This document shows, in pieces, positions 1-10,145 of a DNA stretch of 64,000 nucleotides. The stretch is from Paraspadella gotoi (taxonomy: Eukaryota; Animalia; Chaetognatha). The notes beneath the pieces were generated by a model. That model was given only the letters and a program-made list of their open reading frames with translations, searched no databases and was not told where the DNA came from. Numbering within the stretch: the first letter of the stretch is position 1; each line of letters opens with the position of its first letter. Location: assembly GCA_051294375.1 (NCBI GenBank), contig CM119265.1, forward strand, positions 482,457 through 546,456, written 5' to 3'. Made by a program: the position numbers and the translations under genes.

Positions 1-1117
1 ATTCTTGGCCTAACAAGCATTTTTTGGTGTTCACCACCAAGCCGTTCTGGTCGAGCGCTTTGAAGACTCTCTCCAAGTCCTGTAGATGCTCCTCAGGGGA
101 GGAGGATGCCACCAAGATGTCGTCTAGATAGACAAACGTATGAGGAATGTCGCCCAAGATTTCATCCATTAGCCGTTGAAAATCTTGACCGGCGTTCTTC
201 AAGCCGAATGGGCAACGTGGGAACACGTAAAGCCCAAACGGCGTGATGACGGCGGTCTTCTTCACGTCGTCCGGATTTACCGGGATTTGGTGGTATCCTT
301 TGAGTAAGTCAATTTTAGAAAAAATTGACTTACCCTCGAGTTGCGCGTTGAAGTCTGAGAGGAGTTTAACCGGATAACGGTCGTCGACGGTCTGGGCATT
401 TAAACGGCGGTAGTCGCCACAGCACCGCCATCCTCCGTCCGGCTTGGAGACTACATGTAGTGGAGATGACCACTCAGATTTGCCCCTCTTGGCCACTCCG
501 AGTGCCACCATCTTCTCCAGTTCTCTCTTTGCAACTGCGAGTTTTTCTGGATCCAGTCGACGGGCTCGTGCTTGGCAAGGTCTGCCCTCCGTCGGGATCG
601 AGTGAGTCACACCGTGCCTAGGCTCCTTTATCTCGAAGGTCGGTGTTGAGAGCGAGGGGAAAGATTCTAGTAGCCTGTAGTATTTTTCCCCCTTTCTGTC
701 GACAAAGTTTACATGAAGCGCAGTTTCGTTCGAAGTCGATCCCGCGATTGTCGAAAAGTTTTGGAGGTCAATGAGGAGGCCGTCTCTATGGTTTGGAGCT
801 AAATAATTATCCGCTAAAAAATCCGCACCTAGGATATTTTGCTTGACGTCCGCCACAACGAAGCAATAATTAAATTTTCTGTTTCCTAGTTGTACAGTTT
901 TTTCTACCGTTCCATAACACGAGATCGCCGAGCCGTTTGCTGCCTGTAATTTCATGAGCGGGTCGGCGCCTTTGCTGCGTTGTTGTGGAGTGGGCGGGAT
1001 AATCGACAAGAGAGCGCCCCCATCTACTAGCCACTTTGTTCTGTCCCCGGCGTCCCTGATAAATATGAGTTTGTTTGACGCCGGTGATGTTGAAGAATCT
1101 TGGGGGACGGCGTTCAC
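1..1117 (-). CDS. pol: Pol of element A (protease + N-terminal RT), partial
   Basis: Minus-strand translation gives VNAVPQ...KWLVDGGALL, WRCCGDYRRLN, FSKIDLLKGYHQI, PFGLKNAGQDFQR, YLDD; colinear with Pol of B and C; -1 frame relative to gag. Confidence 0.93.
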   Translation of the reverse strand, partial: MNAVPQDSSTSPASNKLIFIRDAGDRTKWLVDGGALLSIIPPTPQQRSKGADPLMKLQAANGSAISCYGTVEKTVQLGNRKFNYCFVVADVKQNILGADFLADNYLAPNHRDGLLIDLQNFSTIAGSTSNETALHVNFVDRKGEKYYRLLESFPSLSTPTFEIKEPRHGVTHSIPTEGRPCQARARRLDPEKLAVAKRELEKMVALGVAKRGKSEWSSPLHVVSKPDGGWRCCGDYRRLNAQTVDDRYPVKLLSDFNAQLEGKSIFSKIDLLKGYHQIPVNPDDVKKTAVITPFGLYVFPRCPFGLKNAGQDFQRLMDEILGDIPHTFVYLDDILVASSSPEEHLQDLERVFKALDQNGLVVNTKKCLLGQE

Positions 1118-1144
1118 CGTCGTCGGCCCCCTCGAGAGTTTAAA
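1102..1144 (-). promoter_or_regulatory. -1 ribosomal frameshift signal of element A
   Basis: T TTA AAC (1144-1138) in gag frame, 6-nt spacer, then GGGGG...CCCCC / GACGG...CCGTC stem containing the gag stop. Confidence 0.8.
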
Positions 1145-2175
1145 TCCTTCTTTTTTTGAACGTCGTTGAATTTAGCGCATCCGGGGTCGCACGACCACGC
1201 GTCGTCCCCGAATTTGATGTGTTTGGCGCACAACGTGGTAAGCTTCCCCTTGCTCTTCACCTTCTGATGCGGAGTAGGCCGACGTTTGGCGCCGTTGAAT
1301 CGGCGTGGGCGATTTTCGATGGCGTTGATAGCGTCGTCTTCCTCTGAGTCGCTCTCTGCTTGTTGTTGACGCTCTTTGTCCACGTGACTTACTAGCGAAG
1401 GTGCTTGACGCAGCTTCACGTTGCCGTCGCTGTCGAAGTGACGGTCGGCTAGAAGGCAGAGGTCGTGGGCGCTGAGGTCGTCCGCCTTCTCTTCGAGCTG
1501 GCGGCGGATTTCGAGAGGAATTTCGCGCAATATTTTTTCCTTTCGAATATCGTCTAATGTCAGAGTCTTTGTTTTTTCCTCCAGTTGTGCAAGCATTTTG
1601 GAGGGCTTAGCAGTGTCGACGTCGAGTGCATCGAGTAAATGAGCTGCTTGTTGACGCCTTGTCATCCCGTATTCTTTTCTGAGATACGCTATGAATTGTC
1701 GCCACGCCTCCTCTGAAGGTTCTCCGAATAAGAACTTATTTATCGTTGGGTCGACGCCTATTGCGATTTTTGATTCAAGATGCGCAAATTTAGTTTTTGG
1801 CGCAGTAATTCCCGCCCTGGTGTAGGCGGCTTCCGTTCTCTTAATCCATATTTCGATGTTGGACACATCGAAGTCGGGCAGGTCTGGTTTCCTGTTTGAC
1901 GCTCTTTCTAGCGCTCGCGTGGCCGCGGCAAGCGCCGCGCGCAACTCGTCATTCTCGTCCTGTAGGCCTCGCGAAGGGGCGTCGGCGGCCGCCATGTTGG
2001 CGTCCACGTCGTTGGCGTCTCGAAAATTGAATTCGGGAGCGGCGTCAGTGAACGCCGGAGACGGTGAACGTGAGCGGAGGCCGGCGCCGAAGCTGAAGGG
2101 TAATTCGAGCCTTGTAGAGTCGCTAGCGTCGCGCTGTGCAGAGCGGAGTCTGGATCGGAGATCGGAGCCACTCAT
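1114..2175 (-). CDS. gag: Gag of element A (353 aa)
   Basis: KPDLPDFD..IEIWIKR.EAAY capsid-like block; C-terminal CxxHxxFGxxAxxCxxxC (CHCC) box; directly upstream of pol. Confidence 0.92.
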   Translation of the reverse strand: MSGSDLRSRLRSAQRDASDSTRLELPFSFGAGLRSRSPSPAFTDAAPEFNFRDANDVDANMAAADAPSRGLQDENDELRAALAAATRALERASNRKPDLPDFDVSNIEIWIKRTEAAYTRAGITAPKTKFAHLESKIAIGVDPTINKFLFGEPSEEAWRQFIAYLRKEYGMTRRQQAAHLLDALDVDTAKPSKMLAQLEEKTKTLTLDDIRKEKILREIPLEIRRQLEEKADDLSAHDLCLLADRHFDSDGNVKLRQAPSLVSHVDKERQQQAESDSEEDDAINAIENRPRRFNGAKRRPTPHQKVKSKGKLTTLCAKHIKFGDDAWSCDPGCAKFNDVQKKKDLNSRGGRRR

Positions 2176-2344
2176 TGATTCCTTTGGGGCTCCGTCGGGC
2201 CGTTGGGGAACGTTTGCAATGGAAATAGAAAGGAAAAGCGTGAGCGGAACGGGTCACAAGCTTAATCCAATTCTTTCACCCGTTCTTACCTGGAAGAAGG
2301 TGATTTTCCGCTGGTTCCCCTGTCCTCGAGTTGGAATTGTCCTT

Positions 2345-2358
2345 CGTCGAGCTCACCA
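2345..2358 (-). other. Primer-binding site of A (tRNA-Trp-like)
   Basis: TGGTGAGCTCGACG 2 nt after LTR end (..GCCACA); resembles the tRNA-Trp PBS TGGTGACCCCGACG. Confidence 0.7.
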
Positions 2359-2360
2359 TG

Positions 2361-3120
2361 TGTGGCAAGTACTTGAGTAGACGCCACAGTTGACGAAAGG
2401 ACTTGGCAACGTACAGCGTCACGTTACTAAAGAGATTGGCCGCCATCGAATTCTTGAGTTAGGCGTATTGATGATGCAGGAAAACTGGCAGCGCGAGCTA
2501 TCAGTATTGCTGTTTACATCGTTTGCTAAATAATGTTTCAATGCATTTTGATGCAGATTAATGATGAGATTAAATTTGATTACAAGAGAGTTTAATATTT
2601 CATTCATTGAGCATTAATGATGAGATTAGATTTCGATGTAAAAACAATCTTATTGCAGATATGAATGAGTTTTTCTCCAATATGGTACGAAATGTACTTA
2701 TTACTATTATATATTGAGGAAATTAAAAACGCATTGTGAATACAGAAACATAATAATCGTATTACTTCTATGAATACATAAAACAATGACTAAACAGACT
2801 TTAAGTTTGATCGTAATCACGTCACTGTCGCAACAAAACGGTTATTGGAACAGAACGCCATCTCTGTTTTAACAGGATCGTTGAAAACGTTATAAAAAAA
2901 AAAGAAGATTTGAATGCAGTTAAAATCATTAATCAAGAAGTTCGATATCAAGACCTAATTTCAAGCCAGCCCGCTGATGGCAGTGTGCTACTAAGCCACG
3001 CGCCAGCGCTCTCATCCCGGAGGTATCCCCGGAGCGGAATGCATGATATTTAATATTAAATTATCTGCTTCGTGCGTCGACGCTTCATATCCATATCGTA
3101 TACTCTCTAATCCCTCCTCA
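2361..3120 (-). repeat. 5' LTR of element A (~760 bp)
   Basis: Begins TGAGG at the telomere junction and ends GCCACA before the PBS; U5 end similar to the element C LTR. Confidence 0.8.
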
Positions 3121-3365
3121 ACCCTAACCTTAACCCTAACCCTACCTAACCCTAACCCTAACCCTAACCCTAACCCTAACCCTAACCCTACCTAACCCTA
3201 ACCCTAACCCTAACCCTAACCCTACCCTAACCCCTAACCCTAACCCCTAACCCTAACCCTAACCCTAACCCTAACCCCTAACCAACCCTAACCCTAACCC
3301 TACCCTAACCCCTAACCCTAACCCTAACCCTACCCTAACCCTAACCCTAACCCTAACCCTAACCC
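3121..3365. repeat. Telomeric (CCCTAA)n tract 1
   Basis: Near-perfect CCCTAA hexamers (TTAGGG on minus strand). Confidence 0.99.
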
Positions 3366-4255
3366 TGCTTTAGAATTGAACCGATATTATTTTGCCACAG
3401 TGATCTATGCCAATCCGATGGCATTATTAGATCGATATGAATCACATTTTAGAACTCATATTTATAATTTCGAATGGATTTATAATATTTTATATATTAA
3501 TAAAAAAGAGGCATGAGCGCGACCTCTGAATCAGACCTTCATCCTTAAGCAGCGACTCAGCCAGGCGTCGCCACTCAGCCTTTTTGAAATTAGAATGACT
3601 TTAAACATCTAATATATAACTATTCGACTATGTTAATCGATTGATTCTTTATTAATTCAGAACAAGTATGAACATTTATATGTATCATATATAATAGTTG
3701 TTACTTGTTATTCCCACCAACGGCTGGAAACATTTCTCTTTCAGTCAAACAAATATCTCAACTCGAATCAGACTCGTAATAAATTCATTACTACTTCAAT
3801 CGTTAAGTTCATTGTTACTTAATTTAATTGCTTTTACATTGTTATCACATATAGATAGCAATTACTAATTGCTAAATGTAATATCTATATGTCTTGATTA
3901 TTTATTAAGTCAAGCTTTTAACATGGAACCAACAAATTGGTTTCTAGACACTTTTTATATCTGCGACGTCAATTAAACTCATTTTGCCAGGCGGTGCTTG
4001 TCAGCCGTCCACCGCCACTTCCCGGTTTGAGCTACGAAGCCAATAACTCGTATCGAATTCTTCCTTCGAGCCTCCGAGTCAGCCAACGCCTCCCCTGCCA
4101 AACTTCCTACCGACGTCAAACCGGGGCCGTCAGCGTCCAACCTAACTCGAAGGCCACGCCCACTTTCAGTCAATCGGTTATATCTCAACGAATATCAACC
4201 TCAGCGCCAAGTGACGCCTTCGCGCCATCAAAGTGAGTTACTGACGCCATCTACA
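3366..4255 (+). repeat. 5' LTR of element B
   Basis: Direct repeat of 9189-10059; starts TG(CTT)TAGAATTG and ends CCATCTACA. Confidence 0.93.
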
Positions 4256-4256
4256 T

Positions 4257-4271
4257 TGGTGATCCGCGACG
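4257..4271 (+). other. Primer-binding site of B (tRNA-Trp-like)
   Basis: TGGTGATCCGCGACG 1 nt after the LTR CA end. Confidence 0.7.
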
Positions 4272-4307
4272 CCGGACTACCCCAACCTTCTGATATCAAC
4301 TATATCG

Positions 4308-5432
4308 ATGAGCGACTCTCGCGAAACGCGACAAGCTGCAAGACTTCGTCAACAAACAAGCCTCCACGTGCCGGCGACATTTGCACGCGGTCGAGGCTCA
4401 AGAGAAAACTCTCCTACTAATCTAGTCGGCGCCCTAGCAGCGCCAGCTTTCAGTTATCCGCCAGCCACGGACCCAGACGTCTTTGCCGACGCTGAGGACG
4501 ACGATATGGCCACCACATCTTCCGCCAGCGAAACTGAGGCTCTACGATCGGCCTTAGCGACCGCTCTGGCGGCGCTAGAAAGAAAAAGGAAACCTGAGCT
4601 GCCTCCATTCGACTCGAAGAACATCGACGTATGGATCCGTCGAGTAGAGGCAGCCTATATTCGAGCAAACGTGCGTGATGCCAAGGAGAAATTCGCTTAC
4701 CTGGAGTCGAAGATCGACGTCAACCTGAATCCACGCATAAACGCCTACCTTTATGGCGAACAATCTGATCAGCGTTGGGACGAATTCATTCTCTATCTGA
4801 AGAAGGAGTACGGCACTACCCCGCGCCAGCAGGCAGCTGTCCTTCTAGATGGATTCGGCCGCGACGGCCTTAGACCTTCCCAGCATCTAGCGCGCCTCGA
4901 GGAAAAAATTAAGGCGGTCACAATCGACGACCTGAAGAGGGAAACGCTCGTCAGAGGGCTTCCGTTAGAAGTCCAACGATCTCTCGAGGGGAGAATCGAC
5001 TCGATGACTGCCTCCGAACTCGCGGAGGAGGCCGACAAGTTTTTCGACCAAGAAGGAAGGCCTCGATTAGCAGCGCCGGCCTCCACGATCAACGCCGCCT
5101 TGTTTGAGCAATCCGCCGACGGCGAGGACTCAGATAGCGCCGACGAAGCTGAGATCAACGCCATAGGAGGCCAGCGCCGCGACCGCAGCCGCCCGTCGAC
5201 CGGAAATTGGAAAGCGGCTCTCTCCAAGCCTTCGTCAAGCGGCTCACGCCCGCCAAACGGCTCGTCGACAAGCAACCGCTCAGCGAATCAAAAGCTGAAG
5301 CAAATATGCCGCTATCACCTGAAATTCGGCGACGCCGCCTTCAAGTGCGAGCGCGGCTGCGCCCGCAGAAGTGATTTCATGGAGAGGAAGGATTCGAAGC
5401 CGGGAAACGGGGGAGCGGGGCCGCGCAGGTGA
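4308..5432 (+). CDS. gag: Gag of element B (374 aa)
   Basis: KPELPPFDSKNIDVWIRRVEAAY block; CRYHLKFGDAAFKCERGC CHCC box. Confidence 0.93.
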   Translation: MSDSRETRQAARLRQQTSLHVPATFARGRGSRENSPTNLVGALAAPAFSYPPATDPDVFADAEDDDMATTSSASETEALRSALATALAALERKRKPELPPFDSKNIDVWIRRVEAAYIRANVRDAKEKFAYLESKIDVNLNPRINAYLYGEQSDQRWDEFILYLKKEYGTTPRQQAAVLLDGFGRDGLRPSQHLARLEEKIKAVTIDDLKRETLVRGLPLEVQRSLEGRIDSMTASELAEEADKFFDQEGRPRLAAPASTINAALFEQSADGEDSDSADEAEINAIGGQRRDRSRPSTGNWKAALSKPSSSGSRPPNGSSTSNRSANQKLKQICRYHLKFGDAAFKCERGCARRSDFMERKDSKPGNGGAGPRR

Positions 5433-5446
5433 ACGCGGTGCCCCGC
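5402..5446 (+). promoter_or_regulatory. -1 ribosomal frameshift signal of element B
   Basis: G GGA AAC (5402-5408) in gag frame, 6-nt spacer, GC hairpin GCGGGGC-CGCG...CGCG-GT-GCCCCGC (5415-5446). Confidence 0.85.
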
Positions 5447-8400
5447 TCAGATGACGACTCACCCGACTCCTACCTCCTACACGTCGTCGACGCCAGTGAC
5501 GGTCGTTACTGGCTTGTGGACGGGGGAGCTCTGCTCTCCCTTATCCCGCCGACGCCGGAGCAACGAGCGGCAGGTCCTTCTGGAGCGCAACTACAGGCGG
5601 CTAATGGAAGCCCGATTGCATGCTATGGAATCGCCCATCGACGGATTACACTCGGCCCAAGGATTTTCCCATTTGATGTACTGATTGCAGATGTAACTCA
5701 AAATATACTTGGAGCCGACTTTCTCGCGGAGTATTACCTCGCCCCGAACCACCGCGATGGCATTCTGTTAGATCTTCGGGACTACTCGTCTATACCTTGC
5801 GCAGTGACCCGCGGCACAGCTCCAGCGCACGTAAACTTTATCGACCAACAAGAGAATCGATTCTATCAGCTCCTTGATCAATACCCGTCTCTCTCGAAGC
5901 CGAGCTTTGAGCTCAAAGAGCCTAAGCATGGGGTACGTCACCATATACCCACAGAAGGGCGCCCATGCCAGGCCAGAGCGCGCCGCTTAGATCCTGAAAA
6001 GCTGGCGGTGGCTAAGGCGGAGCTAGAGAAGATGGTGGCACTAGGCATCGCCAAACGATCCAAAAGCGCATGGTCATCGCCCATCCTCTGCGTTCCGAAG
6101 TCTGATGGAGGATGGCGGGTCTGTGGCGACTTCCGGCGCCTCAACTCTATGACCAAGGACGACAAATACCCAGTGAAGCTGCTCGCGGATTTTAACGCGC
6201 AGCTCGCTGGCAAGAAGATATTCTCCAAGGTCGACTTACTAAAGGGCTACCACCAGATCCCGGTGGCAGACGAGGACGTCGTCAAAACGGCCGTTATAAC
6301 ACCCTTCGGTCTATTCGTCTTCCTGAGAACACCGTTCGGCCTTAAAAACGCCGGACAAGACTTTCAAAGGATGATGGATGAGATCCTTGGCGACGTCCCC
6401 CATACCTACGTTTACCTGGATGATATCCTGGTTGCCAGTGACGACGAGGACCAGCACGCCCACGACCTCGAGCAAGTCTTCAAGGCTCTCGCCAGCAATG
6501 GACTCGTCGTCAATCGAAAAAAGTGCGAGCTAGGGAAGAAGTCTCTGGAATTCTTGGGCTATCTGGTGGATGCGTCAGGAGTCAAGCCTCTCCCCAAGAA
6601 GGTCGACGCAATACGCGCAACAAATCCTCCAACCACAATCAAAGAACTGCAGAGGTTTCTAGGCATGGTAAATTATTACCGTCGTTTCTTGCCTAAAGCC
6701 GCCCACCATGCCGCCGCCCTCTACGACGCGTTGGCGGGAAAACCCAAACAACTCGTCTGGTCAGAAGCCTGCGCCAAAGCCTTCGACGCAGTCAAGGAGG
6801 CCTTAGCCAACGCCGCGCTCCTTCGTCATCCGCGCACTAACGCACAACTTTCTCTTACCACCGACGCCTCCGACATCGCTGTCGGCGCCGTCCTAGAGCA
6901 ACGCAGCGCAGATGGATGGGAACCACTGGCGTTCTTCTCCGCCAAACTGGACGACGCGCAGAGGAGATGGCCGCCATTCGATCGGGAATTGTATGGCGCA
7001 TTCAGAGCGGTGCGCCATTTCCGCCACTGGCTGGAAGGTCGAACGTTTACTTTATATACCGACCACCAGTCGCTCATTCATGCTCTCCATAAACGTTCAG
7101 AGCCTCAAACCACGCGACATAACTTCCAGTTGTCTGTAATTTCAGAATTTACAACGGATATCCGTCACGTGCGAGGAAAGGCCAATGTCGTGGCCGATGC
7201 TCTCTCTCGGCCAAACCCCCCACCAACAATCGCCTCAGCCGACAAACCAATCCCCGACGAAAAAGTCGAGGACCTGATCAGCACCGTCAATGCGATTGGC
7301 CAAGAAGGCATCGATCTGGAGGCCATGGCGCGCCACCAAGTCCTCGACCGAGACTATCAACGCCTCGCCAACGACGCTAGAACTGGTTTGAGCTTTAGAA
7401 AAGTCAAGCTTGGCGAGCAAGAGCTCCTCGTCGACGTCTCCAATGGGCCTGCTCGCCCATTCGTTCCAGAGTCATGGCGCCGGCGAATCTTCGACGCTGT
7501 GCATGGCCTCGGCCACCCAGGCGTAGCAAGAACAAGGGAAACAATCTCTTCTAAATTCGTTTGGCCCTCAATCCGCGCCGATACAACGAAATGGGCCAGA
7601 GAGTGTGTCCCCTGTCAGCAGTCGAAGGTGACTCGTCACGTTACTCCAAACATCGGCGACTTCAGCGTACCTGCTCGGCGTTTCCAGCATATTAACGTCG
7701 ACATAACGATTATGCCTGTGTCGAACGGATTTGGATATCTGTTAACTGTGGTCGACCGTTTCTCGCGATGGCCCACTGCTCTGCCAATGAAAGACATGTC
7801 TTCGTCAACCGTCATCGACACGCTCGTCCACGGATGGGTCTCGACCTTTGGAGTCCCTTCTGACGTCACGACAGACAGAGGTTCACAGTTCAACTCGTCA
7901 ATCTGGACTCAATTAGCGCAAACCTGGGGTATACGCCACCACCAGACCGCAGCGTATCACCCCCAAGCGAACGGCTTGGTCGAGCGATTTCACCGCCGAC
8001 TCAAGGAGGCGCTGATAGCCCTCGCAGTGGACCAGCCTCATCAATGGTTCTGGCGCCTTCCGTCGGCGCTACTCGCCATTCGAACAACAATAAAACCCGA
8101 CGTCGGCGCCTCTCCAGCCGACCTCGTCTTCGGTGAAGGCTTGACAGTTCCAGGAGACCTTCTTCCTCCGGCTCCATCTGACGATCAGCTCCGCGAGGAC
8201 CGTCGCCTACTTCGAAACAACTTACGCGTTGAAGTCGAGAGGCTTCAGCCAGTCGAGACATCCACGCATCGCTCCCCGAACGTCTACCTCCCCGACACGC
8301 TCGTCGAGGCAACGCACGTCTTCATACAACGCCCAGGCGTCAAACCTCCACTTACAGCCCCGTACCAAGGACCTTTCCGCGTCATCTCGCGAGACAATCT

Positions 8401-9031
8401 CAATTTTCGAGTAGAGATCCCCGGTAGAGGCGTAGAGACTGTAGCAATTGCTCGCGTCAAGCCAGCAATAGTCTGGAGGGACAGCGACGGCGACGAGCGT
8501 GCATCTCAACCATCACCACCTCCTTCACCACCTCCTCCGGGTCGACGACCGGGTCCAAGGACCCGACAACCTTCGCCATCAACCCGTGTAACTCGAGCAT
8601 CAACTCGAGCGTCAAATCGAAACCTTCAAACTCCCTCGAATCGATTAGCTTCAATAGATGACGCTAATGAGGACGAAGACGACGACGACATCGACGAAGA
8701 ACTCATCGACACTCTCCAACATACAAGAACTCCACCGGAAGTCGTAGCGCCAGCGCCTAATCGCAGCGCCGAGCCGGCCAGGCGCAATGAACAAAACAAA
8801 AATTCTCCGATGACTCCAGCGCCATCACTTCCGTTTGGCGCGCCTCCTCCGTCACCAGTGAACGAGACAGCGCCATCGCTGGTGCCATCGAAGAACGCCA
8901 GGCCACGCCCACCGCTGGAAAGATTCTCAAGACCGGCGCCCAACGACTTCTCATTCAAAACGGTTAATAACGCCGGACGCCCAAACTATAATTCAGTTCT
9001 CCGTCATCTACTCATGAAAACTGTGAGTTAA
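5429..9031 (+). CDS. pol: Pol polyprotein of B (PR-RT-RNase H-integrase), probably translated as Gag-Pol by -1 frameshift
   Basis: LVDGGA, YLDD, LTTDASD, HGLGHPG..C..C zinc finger, VDRFSRW/TTDRGSQF/NGLVER DDE core, YQGPF, long Pro-rich tail. Confidence 0.97.
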   Translation: MNAVPRSDDDSPDSYLLHVVDASDGRYWLVDGGALLSLIPPTPEQRAAGPSGAQLQAANGSPIACYGIAHRRITLGPRIFPFDVLIADVTQNILGADFLAEYYLAPNHRDGILLDLRDYSSIPCAVTRGTAPAHVNFIDQQENRFYQLLDQYPSLSKPSFELKEPKHGVRHHIPTEGRPCQARARRLDPEKLAVAKAELEKMVALGIAKRSKSAWSSPILCVPKSDGGWRVCGDFRRLNSMTKDDKYPVKLLADFNAQLAGKKIFSKVDLLKGYHQIPVADEDVVKTAVITPFGLFVFLRTPFGLKNAGQDFQRMMDEILGDVPHTYVYLDDILVASDDEDQHAHDLEQVFKALASNGLVVNRKKCELGKKSLEFLGYLVDASGVKPLPKKVDAIRATNPPTTIKELQRFLGMVNYYRRFLPKAAHHAAALYDALAGKPKQLVWSEACAKAFDAVKEALANAALLRHPRTNAQLSLTTDASDIAVGAVLEQRSADGWEPLAFFSAKLDDAQRRWPPFDRELYGAFRAVRHFRHWLEGRTFTLYTDHQSLIHALHKRSEPQTTRHNFQLSVISEFTTDIRHVRGKANVVADALSRPNPPPTIASADKPIPDEKVEDLISTVNAIGQEGIDLEAMARHQVLDRDYQRLANDARTGLSFRKVKLGEQELLVDVSNGPARPFVPESWRRRIFDAVHGLGHPGVARTRETISSKFVWPSIRADTTKWARECVPCQQSKVTRHVTPNIGDFSVPARRFQHINVDITIMPVSNGFGYLLTVVDRFSRWPTALPMKDMSSSTVIDTLVHGWVSTFGVPSDVTTDRGSQFNSSIWTQLAQTWGIRHHQTAAYHPQANGLVERFHRRLKEALIALAVDQPHQWFWRLPSALLAIRTTIKPDVGASPADLVFGEGLTVPGDLLPPAPSDDQLREDRRLLRNNLRVEVERLQPVETSTHRSPNVYLPDTLVEATHVFIQRPGVKPPLTAPYQGPFRVISRDNLNFRVEIPGRGVETVAIARVKPAIVWRDSDGDERASQPSPPPSPPPPGRRPGPRTRQPSPSTRVTRASTRASNRNLQTPSNRLASIDDANEDEDDDDIDEELIDTLQHTRTPPEVVAPAPNRSAEPARRNEQNKNSPMTPAPSLPFGAPPPSPVNETAPSLVPSKNARPRPPLERFSRPAPNDFSFKTVNNAGRPNYNSVLRHLLMKTVS

Positions 9032-9179
9032 AAACTGTATAGATATTCGAAATTATTTTTATTATTTTTACTACTCTAATTAACTACTTTAATTAACACT
9101 TACCTGTTTACAATCCGAATTCAACTAACCTTTGGTCCTTTGAGCCCAATCGTTCTCCGTAAATTTGATAATTCACGTC

Positions 9180-9188
9180 AGGGGGGGA
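9180..9188 (+). other. Polypurine tract of B
   Basis: AGGGGGGGA immediately before TGTAGA. Confidence 0.85.
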
Positions 9189-10059
9189 TGTAGAATTGAA
9201 CTCGATATTATTTTGCCACAGATGATCTATGCCAATCGATGGCCATATTAGATCGATATGAATCACATTTTAGAACTCATATTTATATTCGAATGGATTT
9301 ATAATATTTTATATAATAATAAAAAAGAGGCGATGAGCTGGCCTCGAACTCAGGACCTTTCGATCCTTAAGCAGCGACTCAGCCAGCGTCGCCACTCAGC
9401 CTTTTGAAACTAGAATGATTAAACTATCTTATATAACTTATTCGCTATGTTAATCGATTGTTCTTTTTATTAATTCAGAACAAATGAAACATTTATATGT
9501 TATCATATAAATAGTTGTTTTACTTTGTTATTCCACAAGGTCTGGAAACATTTCTCTTTCAGTCTTAAACAAATTATTCAACTCGAATCAACTCGTTAAT
9601 ATTATTTACTACTTCAATCGTTAATTCATTGTTACTTAATTAATTGCTTTTACATTGTTATTGCACATATAGATATTGCAATTACTAATTAGTAAATGGA
9701 ATATCTATATGCTTTGATTATTTTATTAAGGTCAAGCTTTTAACATGGAACCAAACAAATTGGTTTAGACACTTTTTATCTGACGTCAATTAAACTCATT
9801 TATGCCACGTGCGTCAGCGTCAACGCCACTTCCGGTTTGAGCTACGAAGCCAATAACTCTATCGAATTCTTCCTTCGAGCCTCCCGAGTCACGCCAACGC
9901 CTCCGCCAACTTCCTACGACGTCAACGCGGGCGTCAGCGTCAACCTAAACTCGAAGGCCACGCCCACTTTCAGTCAATCGGTTATATCTCAACGAATATC
10001 AACCTCAGCGCCAAGTGACGCCTTCGCGCCATCAAAGTGAGTTACTGACGCCATCTACA
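9189..10059 (+). repeat. 3' LTR of element B
   Basis: TGTAGA...TCTACA inverted termini; direct repeat of 3366-4255. Confidence 0.95.
9321..9405 (-). promoter_or_regulatory. tRNA-like Pol III unit (A box, B box, T6) inside LTR B, antisense to the element
   Basis: Minus strand: GGCTGAGTGG (9401-9392) ... GAGTTCGAGGCC (9351-9340) ... TTTTTT; the copy at ~3501-3585 has a corrupted B box. Confidence 0.55.
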
Positions 10060-10145
10060 ACCCCCTAACCCTAACCCTAACCCTAACCCTAACCCTAACC
10101 CCTAACCCTAACCCTAACCCTAACCCTAACCCTAACCCTAACCCT
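10060..10145. repeat. Telomeric (CCCTAA)n tract 2
   Basis: About 14 hexamers. Confidence 0.98.

Larger units (their letters stand above)
1..3120 (-). mobile_element. Ty3/Gypsy LTR retrotransposon A (CsRn1-like), 5' part only; runs off the window
   Basis: 5' LTR 2361-3120, PBS, gag and pol (PR, RT with YLDD near 119-130) on the minus strand; right end abuts CCCTAA repeats. Confidence 0.95.
3366..10059 (+). mobile_element. Full-length Ty3/Gypsy LTR retrotransposon B (CsRn1-like) inserted in telomeric repeats
   Basis: LTR-PBS-gag-pol-PPT-LTR, open ORFs, domain order PR-RT-RH-IN, ACCC on both flanks. Confidence 0.97.

Noticed and set aside
1856-2380. Antisense ORFs over gag/pol (e.g. 1856-2380, 4793-5275, 14321-14659)
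   Set aside because: Shadow frames of GC-rich coding sequence, without independent motifs.
2960-3045. tRNA-like unit in LTR A
   Set aside because: GC-rich with a small CCGG stem at the analogous position, but no consensus B box.
5429-5431. GTG as true initiation codon of pol (also 16398 and 1117)
   Set aside because: It is an ORF-finder start; an in-frame slippery site and stem upstream explain expression as Gag-Pol.
8480-9031. Chromodomain or canonical TRFH-binding [FY]xLxP motif in the integrase tail
   Set aside because: Neither is recognisable in both B and C tails by eye.
9032-9188. env or third ORF in the elements
   Set aside because: Only 150-350 bp of AT-rich UTR lies between the pol stop and PPT in B and C.
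3366-10059. Dating insertions from 5'/3' LTR divergence
   Set aside because: Differences are mostly single-base indels while ORFs are intact, which points to consensus error rather than age.
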